Part shown: piece after piece, positions 25,944-35,534 of the stretch
Layout of the letters: each line of letters opens with the position of its first letter
How positions within the stretch are numbered: position 1 is the stretch's first letter
DNA from: Methanocaldococcus indicus
GTDB lineage: Archaea > AGJL01 > Methanococci > Methanococcales > Methanocaldococcaceae
Direction: 5' to 3'
NCBI RefSeq assembly: GCF_049554935.1
Contig: NZ_CP186926.1
Span: 128,001 to 192,000 of the forward strand
Length of the DNA: 64,000 nt
The notes under the pieces: model-generated
Databases searched by the model: none
What the model saw: the letters and a program-made list of their open reading frames with translations, nothing else
Told to the model about the DNA's origin: nothing
Translations under genes and position numbers: made by a program

Positions 25944-26438
25944 ATGATTTATAAAAAAATAGCCAATCTAAATAAAGAATTTAAACTATTAAATGAAGAG
26001 AAGATATTATTAGGAACTGATGGAAGTGTAACAAATATATTGGAGATTTTATTTGAAGATGAGTGCAAGGTTAAAACAATAAATCAGTATATTAAAGATA
26101 ATATAAATTATAGAGAAGTTATACTTAAAGTTAGAGATGTTCCATTAGTTTATGCTATTTCAAAGACACCATTTGAAAATATAGAAGATGATTTAAGAGA
26201 TGAGATAAAGAGGGATTTATTATCAGCAGATATACCAATTGGGAAAATTATAAAAAAGTATAATTTAGAGACAAGAAGAGAGATTAAAGAAGTAGGGATA
26301 AAAAAATTAGATAATTATCTAAAAAATTTACTAAAAACTAACTATGACTATCTCCCAAAAAGAACTTATAATATAATTTATAAAAATAAGATTTTAATGG
26401 AAATTTGTGAAATTTTTGCAATTAGAGGGAGATTATGA
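25944..26438 (+). CDS. DUF98 / chorismate pyruvate-lyase-like protein
   Basis: 'ILLGTDGSVT..LE', 'YREVIL', 'DIPIGKII', 'RTYNI'. Confidence 0.8.
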   Translation: MIYKKIANLNKEFKLLNEEKILLGTDGSVTNILEILFEDECKVKTINQYIKDNINYREVILKVRDVPLVYAISKTPFENIEDDLRDEIKRDLLSADIPIGKIIKKYNLETRREIKEVGIKKLDNYLKNLLKTNYDYLPKRTYNIIYKNKILMEICEIFAIRGRL

Positions 26439-27433
26439 AAGAAGCTATGTTTTATGAAAAATTAAATGGAAATGTTAGATGTTTATTATGTCCAAGATAC
26501 TGTATAATTCCAGAGGGAAAAGTTGGTTTTTGTAGGAACAGACAAAACATAAATGGCAAGTTATATGCTATTGGATATGGAAAAGTGTGTTCATTAGCCA
26601 TAGACCCAATAGAGAAGAAGCCACTTTATCATTTTTATCCAGGGACTAATGTTTTATCATTAGCGATAGCGGGATGCAATTTTAGATGTATGCATTGTCA
26701 AAATTGGCAAGTTTCTCAAGTTTCTCCTTTGGATGTTCCATATAAGGAGATGTCTCCAGAGGATGTTATTAATCTTGCTAAATATTACAATTCTCCAGGA
26801 GTTTGTTATACTTATACAGAGCCAACAGTATATTATGAGTTTATGTATGACACATCTAAATTGGCTCATGAACATAATTTATTCAATGTTATGGTTACAA
26901 ATGGATATATAAATGAGGAACCTCTCAAAATTCTGCCAATGGATGCTATGAATATAGATATAAAAGGTAATGAGAGATTTTATAATGAGATATGTAAAGC
27001 TGAATTAGAGCCTGTTTTAAAAACTTGTAAGTTGGCTAAAAAATTAGGTATTTGGATTGAGATAACTAACCTTATAGTTCCTGGCTATAATGATAATTTA
27101 GAAGATATAATGTTTATTATTGAATTTGTTAGAGATGAGTTAGGGAGAGAGGTTCCTCTTCACTTTACAAGATTTCATCCAGATTATAAACTGTTAGATG
27201 TTCCACCAACACCAATAGAAACATTAGAAAAAGCAAGAGAATTAGCTTTAAAAGCTGGTTTAAAGTATGTTTATATAGGAAACGTTCCAGGACATGAAGG
27301 AGAACATACTTATTGTCCAGAATGTGGAGCCTTGTTAATTAAAAGAGATATATTTAATATAGAGTTTGTTAATTTAGATGTAGAAAATAAAGAATGTATA
27401 GTTTGTGGAGAGAAAATAGATATTATATTATAA
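26435..27433 (+). CDS. amrS: AmmeMemoRadiSam system radical SAM enzyme
   Basis: CLLCPRYC, DPIEKKPLYHFYPG, CNFRCMHCQNW, YTYTEP, YVYIGNV...CPECG. Confidence 0.88.
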   Translation: MKEAMFYEKLNGNVRCLLCPRYCIIPEGKVGFCRNRQNINGKLYAIGYGKVCSLAIDPIEKKPLYHFYPGTNVLSLAIAGCNFRCMHCQNWQVSQVSPLDVPYKEMSPEDVINLAKYYNSPGVCYTYTEPTVYYEFMYDTSKLAHEHNLFNVMVTNGYINEEPLKILPMDAMNIDIKGNERFYNEICKAELEPVLKTCKLAKKLGIWIEITNLIVPGYNDNLEDIMFIIEFVRDELGREVPLHFTRFHPDYKLLDVPPTPIETLEKARELALKAGLKYVYIGNVPGHEGEHTYCPECGALLIKRDIFNIEFVNLDVENKECIVCGEKIDIIL

Positions 27434-28603
27434 CCATTTATCCAAAGTTATTTTTTCTTTATAGTAGTTTATTTTTTGTGGATAGAAAGAAATTTCTCCA
27501 TATTTTCCACCACCACCAGGAACAATATATATTTTATTTTCTCTGAATAGTTTTATTGTATTTGCTACTCTATCATTTATATTTTTTAATTCTTCTATAT
27601 CAACATTTATCAAAACATTTATCTCATTTTTGTATTTTTCTATAAATTTTTCCCAAATTGTTTGGACAGTTTTTGTTAGAACACCTCTATTGTAAGTTAA
27701 ACTTATAATTTCTGCCAATGGGATGATATGGATATACTTTGCTCTAAAAGTTGGATGTTCTACTTTTCCATCACTTAGTTCAAGGACTCTATCATAAACA
27801 CCCTTTTTTACTCTTCCACCACATTCAGGACATTTCCAATTAAATTTTTTAGCATCATCTAATTTAAACTTAATATAACATTTAGAGCAAGCAGTTAAAT
27901 GATACTTTCCCAACTCTGGGAATAGGCCAACATTACTAACAACTTTTTTATGTTTAATAGCCTTTTTTATCCCCTCAAAATTTTCCTCAATATTTCCAAT
28001 ACTATCAACTTTTAAAATGTTGAACTCTCTTCCTAATCTATGTGGATGATATGAATGTGCATCAGAGTTTGACAAAAAAACAAACTCTCTCAATTCTTTA
28101 ATCATATCAGCCATTTTAGTATCAGCAGATAAACCCAACTCAATAAAATCAGGTTTTTTTTCATAACATTGATAAATTGAATCAAAAGTTTTATAGATAG
28201 ATGTCCAAGGAGTAAAAGCATGAGCAGGCCCTATTAATCCATCAACATCTCTTACAAAATCTAAAATTTCTCTTCCAGACAAATAGACTTTTGGCCTTCC
28301 TTCTGTATCTAAATCTTTTGAGTATCTTTTAAATTTCTCTCTTAGTTCTTCCACTTTCTCTATAGAAGGTAAAATTATAAGATGATGAACTCTATCCTTA
28401 TCCTCAACCTCAGTAGTTAATATAATTTCTCTATCTTTAAATTTTTTAATTTCTTCTAAGTATTTTGGATTTAAGCAGTCTCCTGTTCCTACTATATCTA
28501 AACCCTTAATTTTACTGTATTTTAGTATATTCTCTATATTCATATCTTTTGAAGTTCCACCAGAATATTTAGAATGAATATGAAAATCTACATTTACAAG
28601 CAT
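27428..28603 (-). CDS. TIGR00375 PHP-domain protein (endonuclease Q family)
   Basis: DFHIHSKYS, GTGD, HHLII, PAHAFTPW, ELGLSAD, SNSDAHS..RLGRE, GKYH..AC..C...CP.CGG, GGGGKYG. Confidence 0.85.
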   Translation of the reverse strand: MLVNVDFHIHSKYSGGTSKDMNIENILKYSKIKGLDIVGTGDCLNPKYLEEIKKFKDREIILTTEVEDKDRVHHLIILPSIEKVEELREKFKRYSKDLDTEGRPKVYLSGREILDFVRDVDGLIGPAHAFTPWTSIYKTFDSIYQCYEKKPDFIELGLSADTKMADMIKELREFVFLSNSDAHSYHPHRLGREFNILKVDSIGNIEENFEGIKKAIKHKKVVSNVGLFPELGKYHLTACSKCYIKFKLDDAKKFNWKCPECGGRVKKGVYDRVLELSDGKVEHPTFRAKYIHIIPLAEIISLTYNRGVLTKTVQTIWEKFIEKYKNEINVLINVDIEELKNINDRVANTIKLFRENKIYIVPGGGGKYGEISFYPQKINYYKEKITLDKWL

Positions 28604-30226
28604 TTACATCCTCTCAGGACATTCTATTCCCAATAAATTTAATCCAGTTTCAATAGTATTTTTAGTTTTTTCAACAAGATATAATCTAAATTTCTTTAAA
28701 TCTTCATTACTTTCTTTTAAAATAGGACATTTTTCATAGAATTTATTGAATATTTTAGCTAATTCTATTAAATAGTTGGCTAATAAAGAAGGCTTTTTAT
28801 TTTTAACAACTTCCTCAACAGCATATCTAAATTCATATATTTGCTTTATTAGTTCTTTCTCTTCTTTACATAAATCTACTTTTTTAAGTTCTCCTTTGTC
28901 TTTCTCTAATAATCTTATACATCTAACATATGCATACTGTATAAATGGACTTCCAGATTTTTCAAAATCTAATGCATCCTCCCATTTAAATATAAAAGAT
29001 TTTTCAGGAGAAACTTTAACAATATTGAATCTAACAGCACCAACTGCTATTTTTTTTGCAATATCCTCTGATATATTTCTTTTTTTACATTCCTCTAATG
29101 CTCTTTTATATGCCTCCTCCAAAAATTCATCTGTTGAAATAAATCTACCTCTTCTTGTGCTCATAGAGCCCTCTGGAAGAGAGATAAATTCATAAAACAC
29201 TATCTCAGGAACATCTGAATTTAACAACTTTAAAGCACATTTTAACATTTCAGCAGTTAGTTTATGGTCTGCTCCAAGAACATCAATACACTTTCCTTTT
29301 TTTATTTTATCAAAGTGATAAGCTATATCTCTTGTAGTGTAGAGAGTAGTTCCATCTTCTCTTGTTAATACTAATCTTTTTTCAATGCCAAAATCTTCTA
29401 AATTTAATTTTAACACATTTCCTTCTTCCTCAACTTTTCCAGTTTCTTTTAACATCTCTAAAATCTCATAAACTAACCCATTTTTTATATAGTTACTTTC
29501 CCAAACAAATACATCATGTTCTATATTTAGGTTATTTAGAGTTTCTTTAATTCCATCTAAACAGTATTCAACAGCAAACTTATACTTTTTAGTTATTTCA
29601 TTTTCTATATTATTTTTTAATGAGTTCTCATACTCTACCATTAATTTTTTAATTTCATCCTCTAAATCTTTATTTTCTTCCAATAACTTATTAATTTTTA
29701 TATATATCTCTGCTATGGCATGGTCTTTCTTTTTTTCTTTGTCCAAAGTAAATTTTTCTAATCCCAAAACTACAAGAGCCATCTGTCTGCCCATATCATT
29801 GACATAGTAGTGAGTTTCAACATCATAGCCATAAAATTTAAATATTCTCTTTAAACTATCTCCAATTATTGCATTTCTTAAATGTCCTATATGAAGAGGA
29901 CCATTAGGATTTGCTGATGTGTGCTCTAAAATTATTTTTTTATTCTTTTTTTCAAATTTTGTATCTAAATATTTAGCTATCTCAAAATAATCTAAATAGA
30001 AGTTTATATATCCTCCAAAAACCTTTATATCTTCTACTCCTAAAATGTTCTTTTCTTTTAGTTTTTTAGCAATCTCTTCAGCAATTTCCTTAGGATTTTT
30101 TTTCAATTCTTTTGCTAATTTAAATACATTTATACAATAATCTCCCATATCAATATTTGGTGTTTTATCTACTTTTGCATCTAAAAATTCCTTAACATTT
30201 TTTTCAATCTCTCTTTTTATATCCAT
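28604..30226 (-). CDS. argS: Arginine--tRNA ligase
   Basis: EHTSANPNGPLHIGHLRN, YVNDMGRQ, MSTRRG, QYAYVR. Confidence 0.96.
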   Translation of the reverse strand: MDIKREIEKNVKEFLDAKVDKTPNIDMGDYCINVFKLAKELKKNPKEIAEEIAKKLKEKNILGVEDIKVFGGYINFYLDYFEIAKYLDTKFEKKNKKIILEHTSANPNGPLHIGHLRNAIIGDSLKRIFKFYGYDVETHYYVNDMGRQMALVVLGLEKFTLDKEKKKDHAIAEIYIKINKLLEENKDLEDEIKKLMVEYENSLKNNIENEITKKYKFAVEYCLDGIKETLNNLNIEHDVFVWESNYIKNGLVYEILEMLKETGKVEEEGNVLKLNLEDFGIEKRLVLTREDGTTLYTTRDIAYHFDKIKKGKCIDVLGADHKLTAEMLKCALKLLNSDVPEIVFYEFISLPEGSMSTRRGRFISTDEFLEEAYKRALEECKKRNISEDIAKKIAVGAVRFNIVKVSPEKSFIFKWEDALDFEKSGSPFIQYAYVRCIRLLEKDKGELKKVDLCKEEKELIKQIYEFRYAVEEVVKNKKPSLLANYLIELAKIFNKFYEKCPILKESNEDLKKFRLYLVEKTKNTIETGLNLLGIECPERM

Positions 30227-30235
30227 AAATCTCCC

Positions 30236-31876
30236 TCATTTTATTGTTATTTTTGCATTTAAGAATACTGGACCTCTAACATCAATAACTTTATTTTCTC
30301 CCATAATTTGCTTTAAAGCAAGTTCGTCAATTTTTAGATTTATATCACTTAAACTTCTAACAATTGGAACTCTAAAACTAAATTCATCAATATTAGATAA
30401 AAGAGCCTCCTCAATTTTAGCTGTTAATTTTAGAATAACACTTTCAATATACTTAATATTTAAGCAAACTCCTTCTTCTTTAGCTTTTTTTAGTATCTTT
30501 TTATACTCTTCTTTAATTCCTTCCAAACTTTCAGGAATTCCATATATATTTCCATCATAGATATAGATATCATTTAAAACAGCAGGACCAAGAAGTTTTT
30601 TACCTTCTTCTTTTTCATAGATATTGACAATAATCTCTCTTTTTTCAGAGTTGAACATTAGTTCTTTAACTATATCTATGGAGCAGGGAGCCTCTAAATC
30701 TTTATTTTCAATACATTTATTTATTATTTCATAAGAAAACTGGTAGAGTTCATCTAATATTGGATATTTATCAACTTTAATTAATTCAGCTATTTCTTTA
30801 TCATCTAATCTGTAATCATAGAATTGAGGATACACCATCTTTCTAACGTCATCGTAGTTGTATAGAATCATTGCCAATCTTTCTACACCTAAACCTAAGT
30901 TCATAACTGGGACATCTATATTGTAGTTGGATAAAGCTATTGGACAATAAACTCCAAAAGTTGCAACTTCTAACCAACCTATTTTAGGATGATATGCATA
31001 AACCTCTGTCTGTGTTTCAGGGACATAGTATTTACTTCTTTTTTCATCTAATTTAAATTTAAATCTTTCAAATCCAAACTGTCCTAATAAAGCTTCTGCA
31101 ACAGCCTTACCATCATCTACATTTACATCTTCTCCAACAATAACACATGAAGCAGAATGATAACTCATAAGGTGACTCCTATCTTCTCTCTGTTCTCTTC
31201 TAAAACATCTATCAATTGAGAATAATTTTAAAGGTAATTTTCTTTTTTTAATTAATGAGCTTATAGTAATAAACCATCCAGAGGTCATATGGCTTCTTAA
31301 TGTTAAATCTGTTGGAAGAGGTTTTAATTCTTTAAACTCAGGAAAAGCCTTTTCTAAAATTTTCAATGAAAGTTCATCTGATATATTTAGAGATTTAGCA
31401 ATCTCTAAAACTAAATCATCTCCATCAATTGCTCCTTTTTTATATAGATGAAGTGTCTCTCTTAACTTTTCTTTTTTCTCATCATCTAATTTAACTCCTA
31501 AACTTTCAATAATCTCAATTTTTTCATTACTTATACCTACATCAGGTCTTGGTAAGCCTGCTAAATAAAAACATCTATCTAAGACAGCCAAAGCTTCTGG
31601 ACCAAATTGATTATAAATATCTCTTTCAGATACTATAATTGGATTTATAACTTCTTCAAATCCCATTCTTAAATAAGCTTGTCTTAATCTTTCAATAGTT
31701 TCCATAACAGGATGAACTTTTCCAAATTCTATTTTTATTCTTGGATATCTTTGGTTTATATGTTTCTCTTTTATTAGTTCCTTACTTTTTAACCAAGCTT
31801 TTTCAAAATCTTTTTTAGCAAGATTTTTAATTTCTTCAAACATTTTAAACCCCTCTAAGTGAAAGGTTATTAGCAA
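30236..31876 (-). CDS. sepS: O-phosphoserine--tRNA(Cys) ligase
   Basis: QFGPEALAVLDRCFYL, LRSHMTSGWF, FRREQRED, NLGLGVERLAM; start likely Met12. Confidence 0.96.
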   Translation of the reverse strand: MLITFHLEGFKMFEEIKNLAKKDFEKAWLKSKELIKEKHINQRYPRIKIEFGKVHPVMETIERLRQAYLRMGFEEVINPIIVSERDIYNQFGPEALAVLDRCFYLAGLPRPDVGISNEKIEIIESLGVKLDDEKKEKLRETLHLYKKGAIDGDDLVLEIAKSLNISDELSLKILEKAFPEFKELKPLPTDLTLRSHMTSGWFITISSLIKKRKLPLKLFSIDRCFRREQREDRSHLMSYHSASCVIVGEDVNVDDGKAVAEALLGQFGFERFKFKLDEKRSKYYVPETQTEVYAYHPKIGWLEVATFGVYCPIALSNYNIDVPVMNLGLGVERLAMILYNYDDVRKMVYPQFYDYRLDDKEIAELIKVDKYPILDELYQFSYEIINKCIENKDLEAPCSIDIVKELMFNSEKREIIVNIYEKEEGKKLLGPAVLNDIYIYDGNIYGIPESLEGIKEEYKKILKKAKEEGVCLNIKYIESVILKLTAKIEEALLSNIDEFSFRVPIVRSLSDINLKIDELALKQIMGENKVIDVRGPVFLNAKITIK

Positions 31877-31959
31877 AAAAATTATATATTTATCAAATAG
31901 ATATAATCTTTTTAAAAATAATTTATCTGATATAAAAAAATTTTATAAGGGGATACAAT

Positions 31960-32634
31960 TTGCTACCAAAAGATACATTGAAAAAGGATATGTTTGCAGA
32001 ATTTACACTTAATAAATCTTTTAACACATATAAAGGTAGAGTGTTAAAGGCAGATTTTAACAGTCCATTGGAAGGAGTTGTAGTAGTTAATAGAAAAGAC
32101 CAAATATACTTTTATCCTCTTTTAGCTTTGCATATGATTAAGCCAACAAATTGTTTTCCAACAAATGTGATTCCTAAAACATCTCTTCCAGTTAATCCTA
32201 AGAATATTCATATAAAAGAAGCATTATCAAGAATTGTAGGAAGGACTGTTAAAATATTCTATGAAAATCCAAAAACATCATATTTAGGTAGATTATTAGG
32301 ATTTACAAGAGGTTGTTTTTCTTGGAGTTTGGTTATGGAAATACATGGAGAAATTTATATCTTCTTAAATCCTGATTATATGATGTATTATGGGACAGTT
32401 TGGAAATTTTTAAAAAATAACCCACCTTATGAAAGACCCAAATTAATGAATATAACCAAGACGGCACAATATTTAAAGAGATGTTTATTAGAAGATGTTA
32501 AGATTGAATCAAGTTATCCAAGAATAAATATAGATAATAAGGTGTTTGTATATCCTTATGGTGTTGTTGGAGAAGATGACTATTTAAAAGAAACAGTAAT
32601 GGAAATATTAAAAGAGAAAGAATTTTTATCCTAA
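31960..32634 (+). CDS. Hypothetical protein, possibly tandem Sm/Lsm-like beta-barrels
   Basis: 224 aa; 'LSRIVGRTVKIFYENPKTSYLGRLLGF' resembles an Sm1 motif; the fold call is inference. Confidence 0.7.
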   Translation: MLPKDTLKKDMFAEFTLNKSFNTYKGRVLKADFNSPLEGVVVVNRKDQIYFYPLLALHMIKPTNCFPTNVIPKTSLPVNPKNIHIKEALSRIVGRTVKIFYENPKTSYLGRLLGFTRGCFSWSLVMEIHGEIYIFLNPDYMMYYGTVWKFLKNNPPYERPKLMNITKTAQYLKRCLLEDVKIESSYPRINIDNKVFVYPYGVVGEDDYLKETVMEILKEKEFLS

Positions 32635-32659
32635 AATTTAAATTTTAGAAGGTAATAAT

Positions 32660-33358
32660 ATGAGAGCTATATCTATATTAAGTGGGGGATTAGATTCAAC
32701 AGTAGCAACTCTAATAGCTAAGAAAGAAGGTTATGATATTTTGGCATTGACTTTTAACTATGGACAAAAAGCTGCTAAGAGAGAGATAAATTCTGCAAAA
32801 AAGATAGCTGAAATTTTGGGAATAGAGCATTTAGTTATTAACTTAGATTTTGTTAAAATGTTTAAAAAAAGTGCTTTAATAACAAACAAAGACATTCCTA
32901 AGTTAAAAATAGAGGATTTAGACAAAGATATTGTTTATGAAACTATGAAAGCTGTTTGGGTTCCTGCAAGAAATGTAATATTTTTGGCTATTGCAGCAGG
33001 TTTTGGTGAAGATAGAGATGCTAAAAAAATATTTATTGGAATAAATAAAGAAGAAGGAACAACATTTCCAGATAATACATTAGAGTTTATTGATAGATAC
33101 AACAAGGTTTTAGAGTTGGGGACATTAAACAAAATTAAAATTGAAGCACCTCTTTATAATCTAACTAAGGAAGAAATAGTTAAATTAGGAAAAAATTTAG
33201 AAGAAGAGTTAAATGTTGAAATTTTGAAGTATTCATATTCATGTTATAAAGACAATGGAGAGGACTTTTTACATTGTGGAGAATGTGAAAGTTGTGTAAG
33301 AAGAAAAAGAGCATTTATATTAGCTAATGTTAAGGATGAGACAAAATATATTAAATGA
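32660..33358 (+). CDS. queC: 7-cyano-7-deazaguanine synthase
   Basis: SGGLDST, FNYGQ, VPARN, FPDN, SCY...HCG.C.SC..R. Confidence 0.95.
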   Translation: MRAISILSGGLDSTVATLIAKKEGYDILALTFNYGQKAAKREINSAKKIAEILGIEHLVINLDFVKMFKKSALITNKDIPKLKIEDLDKDIVYETMKAVWVPARNVIFLAIAAGFGEDRDAKKIFIGINKEEGTTFPDNTLEFIDRYNKVLELGTLNKIKIEAPLYNLTKEEIVKLGKNLEEELNVEILKYSYSCYKDNGEDFLHCGECESCVRRKRAFILANVKDETKYIK

Positions 33359-33378
33359 AACTTTAAATTAAAATAAAT

Positions 33379-33398
33379 ATCCTCAAAAAACTGAGGAT
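33379..33398. terminator. Short hairpin between convergent queC and DCCP genes, possible terminator
   Basis: ATCCTCA-AAAAAC-TGAGGAT inverted repeat in the convergent gap. Confidence 0.35.
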
Positions 33399-33468
33399 TG
33401 TATTATTTGAGATATTAATGAAAAGTAAAACTACAAAAAGAAGGTTAAAAACATTAAAATAAATAAAA

Positions 33469-34599
33469 CTAAATCATTTCAATAAATGCCTCTAATCTTG
33501 TTTTTAGTTGTTCTCTATCACTTTCAGAGTAATCTGTCTCAATTCTAATAATAGGAATTCCTTCCTCTTTTAAAGCATCCTCTACTTTTTTTCCTTCAAT
33601 ATTGAATGTATGACAGTATTGTAATGTGTAATAAACTACTCCATCAACATCTAACTCTTTAACTAATCTTTTTATATTTTCAATTCTTTCATCATTTTTA
33701 TATCTGCAAGCACAAGGAATTTTGAAGTATCTTTTTGCAATATCCTCTATACTATAACCTTCAACAAAATTCTCAAAATATCTTGTTCCAGTACAACTTT
33801 CTTCCCCAACAACAACTCCACCAACTTCTTCAATTAATTCAACAATTTTATTGTTCCCTGCAACCATAGGACATCCAGTTATTAAAATTCTTTTTCCATC
33901 ATAACCTTCTCCTTTCTTAACTCTTTCCTCTAACTCTTTAATTAAATCTTCTAAGATTTCTATTGTATCATCAATATCCAACAAATAAGCAAATTGGAAT
34001 AATTTTAAAACATCTAATCCTTTTATTGGAGCTGGTTTATTCTTTCTTAATTCATAGAGTTTATAAAATAATTCTCTAAGTTTATTTACTTTATCTACTG
34101 CTTCTTTTAATTTTTCTTCAGTTATTTTATTTCCTGTCTCTTTCTCAACTAATTCTTTTAACTTTTCAACTTCTTTTATCCAGATTTTTAAAGAATCCTC
34201 ATCTTTCATATGAGGAAGATGCATAATATGCATAGGAACCATTTTTTCCATCAATTCAAACATCTTCTTTTTACCTTCACAAGTAGTTTCTCCAATAACT
34301 ATATCTGATGCCTCAAAATAAGGGCATGATTTTGCTTTTTTAAATCCATAAGATGATTTTATTAAAGGGCAGAGATTTCTTGGTAAATCTTCTTCAGCTA
34401 TTGGGATTGTATCATTTTTACCCCCACACAAACCTACTGGAATTGCATTAGCAGCTAATATAATCTCTATTGGAACATAAGCACAAAACATACCAAAAAC
34501 TTTTCTACCTTCTTCTTTTTGTTTGTAGAGTTGTTCTTTTCTATTCTTGAATTTTTCCATTAACTTTTCAATTGCTTTTAGTTTCATAAATCTCACCAA
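33469..34599 (-). CDS. Double-cubane-cluster protein / 2-hydroxyacyl-CoA dehydratase family
   Basis: [66 protein letters not shown]. Confidence 0.85.
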   Translation of the reverse strand: MVRFMKLKAIEKLMEKFKNRKEQLYKQKEEGRKVFGMFCAYVPIEIILAANAIPVGLCGGKNDTIPIAEEDLPRNLCPLIKSSYGFKKAKSCPYFEASDIVIGETTCEGKKKMFELMEKMVPMHIMHLPHMKDEDSLKIWIKEVEKLKELVEKETGNKITEEKLKEAVDKVNKLRELFYKLYELRKNKPAPIKGLDVLKLFQFAYLLDIDDTIEILEDLIKELEERVKKGEGYDGKRILITGCPMVAGNNKIVELIEEVGGVVVGEESCTGTRYFENFVEGYSIEDIAKRYFKIPCACRYKNDERIENIKRLVKELDVDGVVYYTLQYCHTFNIEGKKVEDALKEEGIPIIRIETDYSESDREQLKTRLEAFIEMI

Positions 34600-34657
34600 A
34601 AAGTAGTTTGTAAATTTTTTATTATTATTGAAAATATATGTTTAGCTATTAGAAAAT

Positions 34658-35395
34658 TTAATATCCTAAAAGAGCAGCACCAACACAACACACAATTTGT
34701 GGCTCATTTGGAACAAAAATATTTTTGTCTATTCTACTTTTTAATTTCTCAACAAATATTTTGTTTTTTGCAACTCCTCCACTAAACACAATATTATTAA
34801 TTTTTAATCTATTAATCATTGGAATAACTCTATCTATTATACTATCATAAACTCCCATTAAAATTTCTTCTTTTGGAACTTTTTTAGATAGTAAGCTTAT
34901 TATTTCACTTTCAGCAAAAACAGCACACATTGATGATATTTTGGCAGATTTTTCTGATTTAATTTTATTAATATCTTCCTTTTTGATTTTTAAGATATCT
35001 AATGCCTTCTCTAAAAACTTTCCTGTTCCTGCTGCACATTTATCAGATAGAATAAAGTCCAAAACATTTCCATCTTTATCAATTTTTAAAACCTTTGTAT
35101 CTTGCCCTCCAATATCTAAGACACCATCAGCCTCTTTAAAAAAATAATTTGCACCTTTTCCCAATGCTATAACTTCTGGAACTACCTTATCAGCAAAACT
35201 AATTTTATGCCTACCATATCCAGTTGCTATAATTTTGTCTATTTGATATTTTTCCTTAATGTCTTTAACAATTTTTAATAATGTATCTTCATCAATAACA
35301 ACTCCAATATCTATAATATCATAAAAAACTATTGAATTCTCTTCCATTCCTACAATTTTTGTGGTTGTTGAGCCAACATCTATACCTAAAATCAT
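34658..35395 (-). CDS. ATP-dependent [4Fe-4S] activator (HgdC/BcrAD ASKHA family)
   Basis: GIDVGSTTTK, ATGYGR, DIGGQDTK, KCAAGTGKFL, SSMCAVFAESE, SGGVA. Confidence 0.92.
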   Translation of the reverse strand: MILGIDVGSTTTKIVGMEENSIVFYDIIDIGVVIDEDTLLKIVKDIKEKYQIDKIIATGYGRHKISFADKVVPEVIALGKGANYFFKEADGVLDIGGQDTKVLKIDKDGNVLDFILSDKCAAGTGKFLEKALDILKIKKEDINKIKSEKSAKISSMCAVFAESEIISLLSKKVPKEEILMGVYDSIIDRVIPMINRLKINNIVFSGGVAKNKIFVEKLKSRIDKNIFVPNEPQIVCCVGAALLGY

Positions 35396-35410
35396 CTATA
35401 TCACAATATA

Positions 35411-35513
35411 TTATTGTTATTAACAATAAAATTAATAAACTATTAAACTAAACTATTAACTATTAGATAAACTATTAAAACCTACTTATCAGCTAAATTA
35501 ATATCTTAGCTGA
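35411..35513. promoter_or_regulatory. Divergent intergenic region with two palindromes and four AACTATTA repeats
   Basis: TTATTGTTA-T-TAACAATAA (35411-35429); AACTATTA at 35438, 35451, 35458, 35470; TCAGCTAA-n9-TTAGCTGA (35489-35513). Confidence 0.5.
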
Positions 35514-35534
35514 AAACTCTTTTTTGATTATTTA

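Noticed and set aside
35438-35477. Short repeats as a possible CRISPR remnant
   Set aside because: Units are 8 bp with irregular short spacing, no spacers and no cas genes; kept only as a regulatory candidate.
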